This document shows, piece after piece, positions 10,001 to 20,734 of a stretch of 64,000 nt of DNA (its first letter is position 1; each line of letters starts with the position of its first letter). This stretch comes from Candidatus Cloacimonadales bacterium (GTDB lineage Bacteria; Cloacimonadota; Cloacimonadia; Cloacimonadales; DAONDQ01). The stretch spans positions 608,001 through 672,000 of the forward strand of contig OY759316.1 of NCBI GenBank assembly GCA_963662275.1. Direction: 5' to 3'. Made by a program: the position numbers and the translations under genes. The notes below the pieces were generated by a model. It did not search any database. It was not told the DNA's origin and saw nothing but the letters and a program-made list of their open reading frames with translations.

Positions 10001-12076
10001 ATGGATCAGCATCGAATTGCTTCACATCCGATTCTTAACGTGCCGGAGCGGGAAGATATTCCTTTTTACTGGAATAAGATTCTGCTTACGGCAAAAAAAG
10101 ACGAGATGATTTCATCTGCACTCATTGCTAATGGCATTCACGTGTTTGGTCATCATCATAAGGATGGTTCTGCACAAGGTATATTCTGTGCCAATGGGCA
10201 ATGTGCAAAATGTTCTGTTATTGCGAATGGGGTCATTGTTAAATCCTGCATGACAGCAGTGCAAAAGAACATGGTCGTGGAAAGCGCAGACGGATTACCG
10301 GATCTGATTGATCTTGGTGAAGTTCCTTCCACACAAGAAATTGAAGAACTGGAAACTGATATTCTGATCATCGGTGGTGGACCTTCGGGTCTGGCTGCTG
10401 CAATTCAACTTGGTAATCATAACCTGCATGCTTTATTGATTGATGATAAAAATGAACTCGGTGGAAAGTTGGTTCTTCAAACTCATAAGTTCTTCGGTTC
10501 GCAGGAAGATTCCTATGCCGGTACTCGAGGTATCGATATTGGCAAGCTCCTGGCGGATAAAGTGAATCAATTATCTACAATACAAGTCTGGATGAATAGC
10601 ACTGCTCTTTTCGTGTTCAGTGATAAGAAAGTCGGTATTTTGAAAGATGGTGTCTATAAAATTGTGAAAGCGAAAGTCATCCTGAATGCAGCCGGAGCAA
10701 GGGAGAAGTTCTTGCGCTTTACTGGCAACACATTGGCTGGTATTTACGGAGCAGGTGCCTTTCAAACTTTGGTCAATCGTGATCTTGTAAAACCTACGGA
10801 AAGATTATTCATCATCGGTGGGGGAAACGTGGGTCTGATTGCCGGTTATCATGCTTTACAAGCTGGTATTCAAGTCGTTGGACTGGCAGAAGCAATGCCG
10901 CAATGCGGTGGCTACAAAGTTCATGCAGATAAACTGGTACGTTTTGGTGTGCCGATCTATACATCTCATACGATCTTATCAGCGAACGGAAAAGAGTCAG
11001 TGGAATCAGTCACGATTGCAGAGATCGATAATAAATTCAAACCGATACCCGGTACGGAAAAGACATTTACTTGCGACACAATCCTGATAGCTGTGGGTCT
11101 TGATCCTTTAAGTGAATTCACGATTGAAGCAAACGAAGCCGGTATTCCCATCTATTCAGCAGGAGACGCACTTGAAATAGCGGAAGCTTCCTCAGCCATG
11201 TTCAATGGTAAGATCATGGGTCTCAAGATAGCAAAAGATCTGGGTGCTGAGGTGGAAGATATTCCGGATGAATGGTATCAGAAGGCAGAAGTCCTGAAAT
11301 CACATCCCGGTGGAATCTTCCCTTATCCTGAAATGACAGTGGAAGAAGGTGTCATGCCCATCATTCATTGCCTGCAGGAAATTCCCTGTAATCCTTGTAC
11401 GACTGTCTGTCCCACCATTTCCATCAATATTGAAGACGGAACTCTGATGGGTCTTCCCAAATATACGGGAAGCTGCATCGGCTGTAATAAATGCCTGCTG
11501 ATTTGTCCCGGACTGGCAATTACGCTAGTCGATTATCGGAAGGATAAAGAATTTCCGACCGTGACCATTGCTTATGAAATCAGCAATATGCCTGTGAAGG
11601 TCGGTGATTTTGTTGATCTTGTTGAAATTGAAGGCAATGATCTTGGCAAGGCGGAAGTGACAGTAGTTCTTCAGAATCCGAATGTTAAAATGCAATTGAT
11701 CAAGATGAAAGTTCCAAAAAATATAGCTAAACGTGTTGCTTCTTTCAGGGTACAGAATGTGGAAGTGACAAAGCCTTTGGCACATGCGATCATTTCCAAT
11801 CATACACCTGATGATTCAATGATATGTCTTTGTGAGCGTGTGACAGTTGGTGAAGTACGTAAACTGATTCGGGAAGGGATAACGGATTTAAACCAGATTA
11901 AGGCTGTTACCAGAACCGGCATGGGACCTTGCGGAGCAAAGACATGTGATGTGATGATTCGATCTTTATTCCGTGAAGAAGGTATTCCCTTTGAGGATGT
12001 GGTTCCCAACACGAAACGTCCTGTTTTCATTGAAGTTCCACTCGAAAAGTTCGCAGACCCGAAGAAGAAGGCTTAA
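10001..12076 (+). CDS. Multidomain FAD/Fe-S oxidoreductase (sarcosine oxidase alpha / proline dehydrogenase alpha-like)
   Basis: N-terminal 2Fe-2S (CANGQCAKC), GGGPSG FAD site, 4Fe-4S motifs (CNPCTTVCP, CIGCNKCLLICP), C-terminal BFD-like (ICLCERV...GMGPCG). Confidence 0.85.
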   Translation: MDQHRIASHPILNVPEREDIPFYWNKILLTAKKDEMISSALIANGIHVFGHHHKDGSAQGIFCANGQCAKCSVIANGVIVKSCMTAVQKNMVVESADGLPDLIDLGEVPSTQEIEELETDILIIGGGPSGLAAAIQLGNHNLHALLIDDKNELGGKLVLQTHKFFGSQEDSYAGTRGIDIGKLLADKVNQLSTIQVWMNSTALFVFSDKKVGILKDGVYKIVKAKVILNAAGAREKFLRFTGNTLAGIYGAGAFQTLVNRDLVKPTERLFIIGGGNVGLIAGYHALQAGIQVVGLAEAMPQCGGYKVHADKLVRFGVPIYTSHTILSANGKESVESVTIAEIDNKFKPIPGTEKTFTCDTILIAVGLDPLSEFTIEANEAGIPIYSAGDALEIAEASSAMFNGKIMGLKIAKDLGAEVEDIPDEWYQKAEVLKSHPGGIFPYPEMTVEEGVMPIIHCLQEIPCNPCTTVCPTISINIEDGTLMGLPKYTGSCIGCNKCLLICPGLAITLVDYRKDKEFPTVTIAYEISNMPVKVGDFVDLVEIEGNDLGKAEVTVVLQNPNVKMQLIKMKVPKNIAKRVASFRVQNVEVTKPLAHAIISNHTPDDSMICLCERVTVGEVRKLIREGITDLNQIKAVTRTGMGPCGAKTCDVMIRSLFREEGIPFEDVVPNTKRPVFIEVPLEKFADPKKKA

Positions 12077-12077
12077 C

Positions 12078-13235
12078 ATGAATAACAATAAATATGATGT
12101 GATCATAATCGGTGCTGGTTCAATTGGTGTTCCAACAGCCATGAACCTTGCTGAGAAGAAATTGAAAATCCTGGTAATTGAAGAACTTGCAGGTCCGGGA
12201 CAAGCAAACAATAAAAAGGCAATCGGTGGTGTACGCGCCACACATTCAGATTTTGGAAAGATCAGGACTTGCCTGCGAAGCATCGAAATCTTCTCCACCT
12301 GGAAAGATATGTATGGTGATGACTTGGGCTGGATGTCCAATGGTTACAGCTATCCTGCCTATAACGAAGCAGATGAAAAAAAACTCAAGGATTTGATGAA
12401 GATTCAGCTATCTTTTGGTGTAAACATCAAATGGGTATCTGCTGAGGAATACAATGAACTGGTGCCGGGGATTGAGATGAAAGGCTTGAGAGGTTCCACC
12501 TATTCCCCCGAAGACGGAAGCTGTTCTCCGTTATTGGCTGAATCTGCCTTCTATTTTAGAAGTAAGAGACTCGGAGTTGAATTCAAATTTCACGAATCAG
12601 TGACAGGTATGAAACTCGAAGCAGGTAAAATCGTGGAAGTTCAAACCAATAAAGGTTCCTATTCCTGTGCCCATGTTATAAATGCTTCAGGTAATAACGC
12701 CAATGTGATAGGGAAGATGGCTGGATTCGATTTACCTGTAACCCCTGATTGCCATGAAGCAGGTATTACAGAACCTGTGAAACAGTTCTTTGGTCCAATG
12801 GTCATTGATATGCGCAAGGCTCCCGGTTCTGCAAACTTCTATTTCTATCAGAATCATGAAGGACAGGTCGTATTCTGTATCACTCCTGAACCTCAGATCT
12901 GGGGAGTGGATAATCGTTCCACCTCTGAATTCCTTCCTATGTGTTCTGCACGTATGCTGCAAGTATATCCGCGACTGAGAAAACTGAAAGTAAGAAGAAC
13001 TTGGCGTGGTCAATATCCCATGACACCTGATGGTTTCCCCATTATAGGCACAACCAATGAAGTCCCAAATTATACAAATGCCGTCGGCATGTGTGGACAG
13101 GGCTTCATGCTCGGACCGGGTGCAGCAGAATTATTATCGCGCATTGTGACACATGATATGACAAAAGACGATCTTCACGTCTTGCAGAGTTTCGATCTAT
13201 ATCGTGATTTCACCGGTATGGAGGTGTTTAAGTAG
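12078..13235 (+). CDS. FAD-dependent oxidoreductase, DAO/sarcosine oxidase beta-like
   Basis: YDVIIIGAGSIG, TPDGFPIIG, GMCGQGFMLGP. Start moved to ATG 12078, just after the upstream stop. Confidence 0.88.
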   Translation: MNNNKYDVIIIGAGSIGVPTAMNLAEKKLKILVIEELAGPGQANNKKAIGGVRATHSDFGKIRTCLRSIEIFSTWKDMYGDDLGWMSNGYSYPAYNEADEKKLKDLMKIQLSFGVNIKWVSAEEYNELVPGIEMKGLRGSTYSPEDGSCSPLLAESAFYFRSKRLGVEFKFHESVTGMKLEAGKIVEVQTNKGSYSCAHVINASGNNANVIGKMAGFDLPVTPDCHEAGITEPVKQFFGPMVIDMRKAPGSANFYFYQNHEGQVVFCITPEPQIWGVDNRSTSEFLPMCSARMLQVYPRLRKLKVRRTWRGQYPMTPDGFPIIGTTNEVPNYTNAVGMCGQGFMLGPGAAELLSRIVTHDMTKDDLHVLQSFDLYRDFTGMEVFK

Positions 13236-13360
13236 GGATAAACCCACGTGTTTATCCTCTGAAAGTAGAGAAGAACTCCGTTCATGCATGATTTTCCAGG
13301 CTGGATAACACCCAATTTGTGAGACGCCCAAGTTGGGCGTCTCTACAGTAAAAATGATTC

Positions 13361-13864
13361 TTACTCGAATTGTTCCAGCATCTTCAGGATAGGAAGAGTT
13401 GTCATATTCTCTACGATCGAAAGAATAGTTTGCGTGATTCCATTCACACTAGCGACACCAGGAGCAAAGTAGATTGGACGGAAATTGTAGTGATCTGCTC
13501 CATGGTAGGTAGCCAGGACACAATATTCAGCAGCAATTCCAGATAAAATGAGGGTATCAATGCCCAGTTCATTCAATTTCTTTTCCAGTGGTGTTCCAAT
13601 GAATGCGCTGGAATGAGTTTTGGTGATGCGGATATCAGAATTTTCTATTATCAGGTTTGGATGCATTTCATAACCATCTGTCCCTGGTATGACTCCCTCT
13701 TTTTCTGAGTTGTGATAGATCACGATTATCGGCAATTTCTTTTGCCGGAAGTTTTTTGCCATGGCATTTATCTCAGTAATTGCATCAAGCATTTCCTGCT
13801 GCATTGAAGGATTATTTCGATAATAAATTTCCTGGAGATCAATAATCAATAAAGCAGGTTTCAT
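13361..13864 (-). CDS. Isochorismatase-family cysteine hydrolase
   Basis: ALLIIDLQ, KTHSSAF, GIAAEYCV catalytic motifs. Confidence 0.9.
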   Translation of the reverse strand: MKPALLIIDLQEIYYRNNPSMQQEMLDAITEINAMAKNFRQKKLPIIVIYHNSEKEGVIPGTDGYEMHPNLIIENSDIRITKTHSSAFIGTPLEKKLNELGIDTLILSGIAAEYCVLATYHGADHYNFRPIYFAPGVASVNGITQTILSIVENMTTLPILKMLEQFE

Positions 13865-13895
13865 TTCATATTCCTTTGGTTATGATCTCCATGAT

Positions 13896-14843
13896 TTATG
13901 CCGGGATAATAGCATGGCAGAATTTATCATGATTATCTTCAATCCATTTTTCAGCAGACCAAGCTGCTGTAGCACCATCGCTTACAGCAGTGACAATCTG
14001 ACGGAGAACCTTTTTCCGGATATCACCTGCTGCATAGATACCAGGAATATTCGTATGCATGTATTCATCAGTGACCACAAACCCCTGTTCATCTAACTCA
14101 ACCCTGGATTCGAGCAATTGATTATTTGGTAGGATACCGACATATATGAAACATCCATGCACAGGTAATTCGGAGGTTTGTTCCGTAATTCTATTGTATA
14201 AAACTAAAGATTCGATCCGGTTCTCTCCTAATATTTCCAATGGAATGGTATTCCAAATGAATTCAATTTTTTCATTTATAAAAGCCCGTTCCTGGATGGT
14301 ATGAATAGCACGCAATTTATCTCGACGATGAATGATATACACTTTGCTGGCAAATTTCGTCAGGAACAAGGCTTCTTCTACTGCTGAATCACCACCACCG
14401 ATCACTGCAACGATCTTACCCCGGTATAAAGCTCCATCGCAGGTGGCACAATTGGAAACACCTCTCCCGATCAGTCTTTCTTCACCTGGGATTTTCAGGC
14501 GACGAGGATGTGCACCTGTGCAAAGGATGATGGCTTTTGCCTCATATATTCCTGACTCGGTCTCGATGATCTTGCATAAACCATCCATCGCAACAGCCAT
14601 TATTTCTTTTTCAATGATTTCCACACCGAACTTCTCTGCCTGTAATTGCATTTGCTCTATAAGTTTATAGCCTGATACGACATTCTCAAAACCTGGATAG
14701 TTTTCAACTTCAGTAGTCAGCATGATCTGACCACCAACGAGTCCCTTTTCGAAGATGGCAGTTTTCGATCCACCCCGTGCCGCATAAATACCAGCACTCA
14801 GACCTGCTGGTCCAGCGCCGATAATGATAATATCATATTTCAT
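13896..14843 (-). CDS. trxB: Thioredoxin-disulfide reductase
   Basis: GAGPAGL, VENYPG, CATCDG, GGGDSAVEEA, GIYAAGD. Confidence 0.95.
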   Translation of the reverse strand: MKYDIIIIGAGPAGLSAGIYAARGGSKTAIFEKGLVGGQIMLTTEVENYPGFENVVSGYKLIEQMQLQAEKFGVEIIEKEIMAVAMDGLCKIIETESGIYEAKAIILCTGAHPRRLKIPGEERLIGRGVSNCATCDGALYRGKIVAVIGGGDSAVEEALFLTKFASKVYIIHRRDKLRAIHTIQERAFINEKIEFIWNTIPLEILGENRIESLVLYNRITEQTSELPVHGCFIYVGILPNNQLLESRVELDEQGFVVTDEYMHTNIPGIYAAGDIRKKVLRQIVTAVSDGATAAWSAEKWIEDNHDKFCHAIIPA

Positions 14844-15007
14844 ATAGTCTCCGTGTTGTTTCTATATTCAATATATGCGATGATGTGTTGGTTGTCAACT
14901 TGTAAAGAAGTTACGAATTACAAATTGAAGAGAAGAGAAGAATAGAGTAAAGGGTGGAAGGACAAAAGAAGAGACGCCCCAATTGGGCGTCTCTACATCC
15001 AGGAAAT

Positions 15008-16462
15008 TTATCCCATATTGAGTGTGAAATATCTATAAGTACCGTTACGGTCTTTCACATAAAGCAGGATGATTTTGTTGTCTGTTTTCTCGATATCTTT
15101 TTTAGCCTCTGTCAGTGCTTTATTGAATTCAGAGATGCTGTTAATCTCAGTATCATTAATTTGCATAATAACATCGCCAATACTTAGACCAGCTTTAGAT
15201 GCAGGAGAATTGGGTTCGATACGGGAAATAATGACCCCTTTATCACCAGTTACTTTAAGTGACTTAGCCGTTTGACTATCAAGAGATTCTATTGTAAGTC
15301 CGGTTGCAACGGAAGATTTACCACTTTCATCAGTCTTGGAAGCTACATCATCATCAGGATAGGCTTCCAGTTGAACAGAAAGATTCTTTTCCTGTTTATT
15401 TCGGATTATTTTCACAGGAACTGTAGAACCAACTTTACATTCAGCAACAGCGATACGGAATTTTGCTACCGAAGATACTGCAGTTCCGTTGAATTCTTCA
15501 ATAACATCTCCATTCTTGAGACCAGCTTTACTGGCAGGAGTATTCTCTTCAACCTTAGCAACAAGGACTCCGGCAATATCCGGTAGATTAAAGCTAGATC
15601 TCAGTTCAGGTGTAATTTCCTGGGGAGAAATTCCCATGTAAGCTCGAACTACTTTACCTGTTTTGATCAAGTCATCTGATACTTTTTTAGCAAGATTGAT
15701 AGGGATGGCGAATCCGATACCGTTATTTCCACCGCTTGGACTAGTAATGGCAGCGTTAATACCAATGACTTGACCTTTGATATTAATGAGAGGTCCGCCA
15801 CTATTTCCAGGATTGATGGCTGCATCGGTTTGAATATAATCCTGGTATATCGGAGAATCATTGCCAAAATTCAAATTGGCTCGCCCAATTGCCGAAATAA
15901 CACCCACGGTGACTGTTCGTTCCAGACCTTCATCAAAAGGATTACCAATAGCAATAGCCCAATCACCAATTTCCATACTGGATGAATCACCTAAGGGAAG
16001 AACTACGATCTTATCTTCCTTTTTTACTTTTACCTTGAGAACACCAACATCAGTCATTCTATCAGCACCAACAATCTCACCGGAATAGTTTGCTTTATCA
16101 GCTAAAGTAACTGTTATTGTACCATCTTTACCGGGAGCGATAACATGATTATTGGTTAAAATATAGATTTCCTGTTTCTCCTGATCATATCTAAAGATGA
16201 AACCAGAACCTCTATATACTGCCTGTTGTTGTTGTTGAGGCATTTCAGGGAAGAAGTACTTAAAGAAGTCATTGGGGTTTGAATTGTTTAAACCAGTTGT
16301 GATTTTTGCTTCAACTTTGATTTGGACAACACCATCGCGAACATTTTTAACGATACTAACAAATGGGCTTTGTCCATTATCGGTAACCGGTAGTGCCAAA
16401 ACTATAGCAGGGACCGCTAAAATTATGAAGCAGATGAGAGATATGAGTTTTACTCTTTTCAC
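15008..16462 (-). CDS. htrA: DegP/HtrA (Do) serine protease with two PDZ domains
   Basis: LTNNHV, IQTDAAINPGNSGGPL, two PDZ domains. Start reassigned to GTG 16462 behind GGAGG. Confidence 0.92.
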   Translation of the reverse strand: MKRVKLISLICFIILAVPAIVLALPVTDNGQSPFVSIVKNVRDGVVQIKVEAKITTGLNNSNPNDFFKYFFPEMPQQQQQAVYRGSGFIFRYDQEKQEIYILTNNHVIAPGKDGTITVTLADKANYSGEIVGADRMTDVGVLKVKVKKEDKIVVLPLGDSSSMEIGDWAIAIGNPFDEGLERTVTVGVISAIGRANLNFGNDSPIYQDYIQTDAAINPGNSGGPLINIKGQVIGINAAITSPSGGNNGIGFAIPINLAKKVSDDLIKTGKVVRAYMGISPQEITPELRSSFNLPDIAGVLVAKVEENTPASKAGLKNGDVIEEFNGTAVSSVAKFRIAVAECKVGSTVPVKIIRNKQEKNLSVQLEAYPDDDVASKTDESGKSSVATGLTIESLDSQTAKSLKVTGDKGVIISRIEPNSPASKAGLSIGDVIMQINDTEINSISEFNKALTEAKKDIEKTDNKIILLYVKDRNGTYRYFTLNMG

Positions 16463-16609
16463 TATTCCTCCAAAAATGAGTACGTCCATAATTTGAAAAG
16501 ATTTGCATTCTTCACAATGCCATATCAATTACTGCTTTGCCTAACCTCCTATCAGATTTTGGTTCAAAAAATACGGATAGATTCTTGTTGTCAAAGAAAA
16601 AATATTGAT

Positions 16610-17206
16610 TTATCGACTGAATGCATGAACATGATAACTGCCGATATTATCCACCCAATAAGTATTTTCAGGATCTATAGGGATAGAAATAATAACACGG
16701 GCAAACTGGACGGAAGGATGAAAAAATCCTGTAGAAAGGAGAATTTCCTGCCAGTAAGTAATCGTTTTTAACTTATTCATATAACTATCTTTTCTATTTC
16801 CGATTTTATCAAAAGTCCGAAAATACAAAGTCACAGGAGTTGCTGATGGTACCTTCGATCTAACATAACAACGATTAACATAAGCTGATCGATTATCAAC
16901 AGGGAAAGCTTCAGAGACAATGAGAATCTGCTGAGTTGGACCATCAATCTTGATGGACTTGTCTCCATTTTGAACAGAAAGGGAATCCCAGGAGATGATA
17001 TTTTGGAAATCTGCGTTGGAGAGAAATGTCCAATCTTTTGGAAGCTTTTTATCCGGTAAAAGAGGCATCTCGAAATCAGGATTGGAAATCAGGTTAGGTT
17101 TTCCAATGATATCTCGGTCATAGAATAACAGACTAGGTCCAAAGAAACAGCTAGTAAGACATATTAGTGCTGCTACAGTAAGACATGCTTTAAGAACAAA
17201 TTTCAT
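16610..17206 (-). CDS. Hypothetical lipoprotein (carbohydrate-binding-like beta domain)
   Basis: Lipobox-like LTSC after a hydrophobic stretch; NLISNPDFE motif. Confidence 0.6.
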   Translation of the reverse strand: MKFVLKACLTVAALICLTSCFFGPSLLFYDRDIIGKPNLISNPDFEMPLLPDKKLPKDWTFLSNADFQNIISWDSLSVQNGDKSIKIDGPTQQILIVSEAFPVDNRSAYVNRCYVRSKVPSATPVTLYFRTFDKIGNRKDSYMNKLKTITYWQEILLSTGFFHPSVQFARVIISIPIDPENTYWVDNIGSYHVHAFSR

Positions 17207-17221
17207 ATGTTTTCCCCTTCC

Positions 17222-18442
17222 TTACTTCATAAAGCCACGTTCTAACAGATATTTCATCACGATTCCCACTGCAAGAGAATTGATCAATAGGTTCGAACCA
17301 CCATAACTGATAAATGGCAAAGGAATACCAGTTGTGGGTACGATACCGATATTCATTCCAATATTAATAAAAATCTGGAATGAAAGGTAAGCTGTTATCC
17401 CCGCTGATGCAATTTTCCTTTCTCTTACATTCAGTTTTCCCAATGCAAGTGTAAGATGCCATAAGAACAAAAAAAATACAACTAATAAAATAGAGCTACC
17501 AACAAATCCGAATTCTTCACCAATAACGGAGAAAATAAAATCCGTATGATGCTCGGGCAGGAAGTTCATATTTTTCTGCGTCCCCAGAAGAAATCCTTTC
17601 CCAAGTATACCACCTGAACCAATCGCTATTTTCGCTTGAATGATCTGATAACCAGCTCCTAATGGATCAAGGGTCGGATCAAGAAAAGTTAGTATCCGAT
17701 TCTGCTGATACGTTTTCAATCCCTGCCAGATAAATGGTGTAATCAGCGAAATAAAGACATTGATGACAACCGCAACGGCAATTCCAACCCAAGATAAGCG
17801 GTATTGTACTAAAAGATAAATAAATAGCAAGATAAAAATTATAAATATTAATAAATAAAAGGAAGTGATGATGCTCAATATTGGACTTATCATTAAAAGA
17901 ATGTAAATAAAGGGAATATCAGCCGCCGCATATATGGCAAGTAAGCTGAACCAGAAAACGATCGTTGTTCCAAAATCTGGTTCAATAAGGATGAGCGATA
18001 CTGGCAAGAGTGTGAGGACGAAACCCTTCAGCATAATGGAAAGTTCACTGAGGTAAGGTTTTGATAAAGCCTTTGCCACAACTAGGATTGTGAATAGTTT
18101 AGCCATTTCAGATGGCTGGAAATGAAGGAAACCGAATTGGAACCATCTATGAGAACCATTGATTGCAGGTAAGAATAAAACAACGACTAATGTCAGCAAA
18201 CTAAAAATATAACCGGGAATGATGAGCAAATCGATAATGGCAAAAGGAATTCTAAATAACAAGTAAAGTGTCACAAGAACAAAGACAACAAAAATTGCCT
18301 GTTTCCACCAGAAGTTCTTGATATTGTAACTATCGCCAATCTTCGTTGTCGAAGCACTATATATAGCAAATACTCCTAAAAGAAGTAGGATTACAAGAAG
18401 AATGAACAAAGTCCAGTCGAAGTTCTTACTCTGTAAAAACAT
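17222..18442 (-). CDS. rodA: Rod shape-determining SEDS protein RodA
   Basis: QPSEMAK, GYQIIQAKIAIGSGG, LPEHHTDFIF, PFISYGGS; follows mrdA. Confidence 0.95.
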   Translation of the reverse strand: MFLQSKNFDWTLFILLVILLLLGVFAIYSASTTKIGDSYNIKNFWWKQAIFVVFVLVTLYLLFRIPFAIIDLLIIPGYIFSLLTLVVVLFLPAINGSHRWFQFGFLHFQPSEMAKLFTILVVAKALSKPYLSELSIMLKGFVLTLLPVSLILIEPDFGTTIVFWFSLLAIYAAADIPFIYILLMISPILSIITSFYLLIFIIFILLFIYLLVQYRLSWVGIAVAVVINVFISLITPFIWQGLKTYQQNRILTFLDPTLDPLGAGYQIIQAKIAIGSGGILGKGFLLGTQKNMNFLPEHHTDFIFSVIGEEFGFVGSSILLVVFFLFLWHLTLALGKLNVRERKIASAGITAYLSFQIFINIGMNIGIVPTTGIPLPFISYGGSNLLINSLAVGIVMKYLLERGFMK

Positions 18443-20235
18443 TAAGATTTCCCCGCAACTACTTTTTCCGTACCATTTTTCATTTGATCATGATAATAGT
18501 GCATGATCCGACCAGCAATCGGGGCTGCTGAAGAACCACCGTGTCCAGCATTTTCCATAAACACACACACAGCTATTTGTGGAGTATCGGTACAATAATA
18601 ACCAACAAACCAGGCATGTGTAGATCTGCCAGCAATATTTTCAGCAGAGCCTGTTTTTCCATAAACCGAGGCTCCATCAAACCTGGCTGCACCTCCAGTA
18701 CCTCCTGGAGCATTAACAACCTTAAACAATCCTTCATGAATAATTCTTAGTGTACTTGAAGAAATTGGGAGTTGAGTCTCTAGATCCTGGTTCAAGTCCT
18801 TAAACAGAATAGTTTTTGTGCCAATAGCACGATCCAGTAAATGAGGTCTGATCCATTTACCATTATTAGCAAGTGCTGAATAATAGGCACACATCTGTAA
18901 GGGAGAAACTTGAATTTCTCCCTGGCCTATTGAAAGATTGACTTTTGGTCCGATAATTCCTGTAGATTTTCCGTAGTGTTTTTTGTACCAGAGAGTATTT
19001 GGGAACAAGCCTTCTCTTTCGTTCGGTAAATCCACACCTGTTCTCTGTGCCAGGTGATTTCCAAAAACAAAAGCCTGGAAATCATCTAATTTATATTTTA
19101 AGGAAAGGTCATAAAAAAATACATCACATGAGACACGGAGTGCTTCCTCGACGGGAAGTGAGCCATGTCCTGTTCGACTCCAACAGCGAAAGAATCGATT
19201 ACCAACCTGGAGTCCTCCTGTGCATGGACGATCTAAGGAATACTGACTGATAATACCTTTTTGTAAGCCATAGCTTGCTGGTATGGGTTTAAAAACAGAA
19301 CCCGGGGGGTAGACTCCATGAATTACCCTATCGAGCATTGGTTTATTGGGATCAAGATTAACTTTATCCCAATCTTCTTTTTTTAGTTTTGTCATCATGA
19401 TATTCTGATCAAAGTCCGGTTTGCTGGCATATGCAAGGATACCGCCTGTTTTTACATCCATTACAACAATAGCTCCATTGACTCCATTTGGAAAAGCAGA
19501 ACTAGCGAATTGCTGTAAATCAGAATCAATAGTCAGAATTAAACTCAATCCATTTTCAGGAGTTTGAGTCAGGTTATGTTTAAACAGATTTAGACTTTTC
19601 CCGGAAGCATCTACCTGGATAATCTCATTTCCATCTTTTCCATGTAAAAGGACTTCATAATATTTTTCTAAACCTGTTTTTCCTAAACTGCTATTGATGG
19701 AATAACCTTCTTCTTTCACTTTATCATACTCAACAGCATTGATACGACCGACATAACCGGTAAAATGGTTGGGAATCAGATACTGGCGTGTTGTTTCTAC
19801 CTTAAAATTCAAACAGGGATAATAGTTTAAATCTTCTGAAACTCGCATCATTGTATCATAATCGGTGTTTTCGGCTATCAGGATATCCTGGTATGAACGA
19901 AATCTGCTGCTTAAGATCAAGGAATCGACTTCCATATGATTAATTCCATAATTGACTTGCAAAAATTGCTTCAATCTCTTGGTGTTGTTGATTTTGGCAG
20001 GAGTTAGATAGAGGTTGAGAGATGGAATATTGATGACCATTGGTTTATAATTTCGATCATAGATTTCACCACGAGTTGCAGGTATTCTATTTAATCTGAC
20101 AAAGTTACGTTCTGCGATTTGGTGATAATAATTCCCCTTGATAATCTGCAATTCAAAAAGGGCAGATAATAGGAAAAGGAAAAGTGCTACAAGAATAATG
20201 CGGAATGTATTGGATGGAGTGAAATTAGTCTTCAT
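18442..20235 (-). CDS. mrdA: Penicillin-binding protein 2
   Basis: RGEIYDR, YPPGSVFK (SxxK), SCDVFFY, GKTGSAE. Confidence 0.93.
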   Translation of the reverse strand: MKTNFTPSNTFRIILVALFLFLLSALFELQIIKGNYYHQIAERNFVRLNRIPATRGEIYDRNYKPMVINIPSLNLYLTPAKINNTKRLKQFLQVNYGINHMEVDSLILSSRFRSYQDILIAENTDYDTMMRVSEDLNYYPCLNFKVETTRQYLIPNHFTGYVGRINAVEYDKVKEEGYSINSSLGKTGLEKYYEVLLHGKDGNEIIQVDASGKSLNLFKHNLTQTPENGLSLILTIDSDLQQFASSAFPNGVNGAIVVMDVKTGGILAYASKPDFDQNIMMTKLKKEDWDKVNLDPNKPMLDRVIHGVYPPGSVFKPIPASYGLQKGIISQYSLDRPCTGGLQVGNRFFRCWSRTGHGSLPVEEALRVSCDVFFYDLSLKYKLDDFQAFVFGNHLAQRTGVDLPNEREGLFPNTLWYKKHYGKSTGIIGPKVNLSIGQGEIQVSPLQMCAYYSALANNGKWIRPHLLDRAIGTKTILFKDLNQDLETQLPISSSTLRIIHEGLFKVVNAPGGTGGAARFDGASVYGKTGSAENIAGRSTHAWFVGYYCTDTPQIAVCVFMENAGHGGSSAAPIAGRIMHYYHDQMKNGTEKVVAGKS

Positions 20236-20734
20236 TGAAATTCAATTTCATTCGATAGAATAGGGATAGGGCATATGTAAAAATGACTGATAAAGCAGTG
20301 TTATAAACAATATTGAAAAGAACTAAAGGTATCAGTTTGATGGAATAACCCATCATGACAAGTTGAACTACAAAAAAAATGATAAAATATATGAGATTTA
20401 CAATGCTGATGATGATAATATGGGAGAGGAACTTTTCCTTATCTAGACTCTGGTGAAAACTATTAACGATTAATGAGAGGACTATGTAGCACAGAGTATT
20501 AATTCCCAGGAGATTCGGAGTTGTTAAATCCTGCATGATTCCAAGAAAAAAAATGATTGTTAAGGCAGGGATGATACTCATATTAAGATTAAGAAATACA
20601 ACGAAGGCAAGCATAAAATTGGGCACAATGCCAAATATGGAAATACCCGGGGCAATAATGACCTGCATATATAAAAGGATGATTCCCATTCCAACTAAAC
20701 GAATAAGATTCCACATTGGAAATTCCCGATTCAA
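20225..20734 (-). CDS. mreD: Rod shape-determining protein MreD
   Basis: Small polytopic membrane protein with GIVPNF...GIMQD...LGIN motif upstream of mrdA. The start may be ATG 20716. Confidence 0.8.
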   Translation of the reverse strand: MNREFPMWNLIRLVGMGIILLYMQVIIAPGISIFGIVPNFMLAFVVFLNLNMSIIPALTIIFFLGIMQDLTTPNLLGINTLCYIVLSLIVNSFHQSLDKEKFLSHIIIISIVNLIYFIIFFVVQLVMMGYSIKLIPLVLFNIVYNTALSVIFTYALSLFYRMKLNFNED

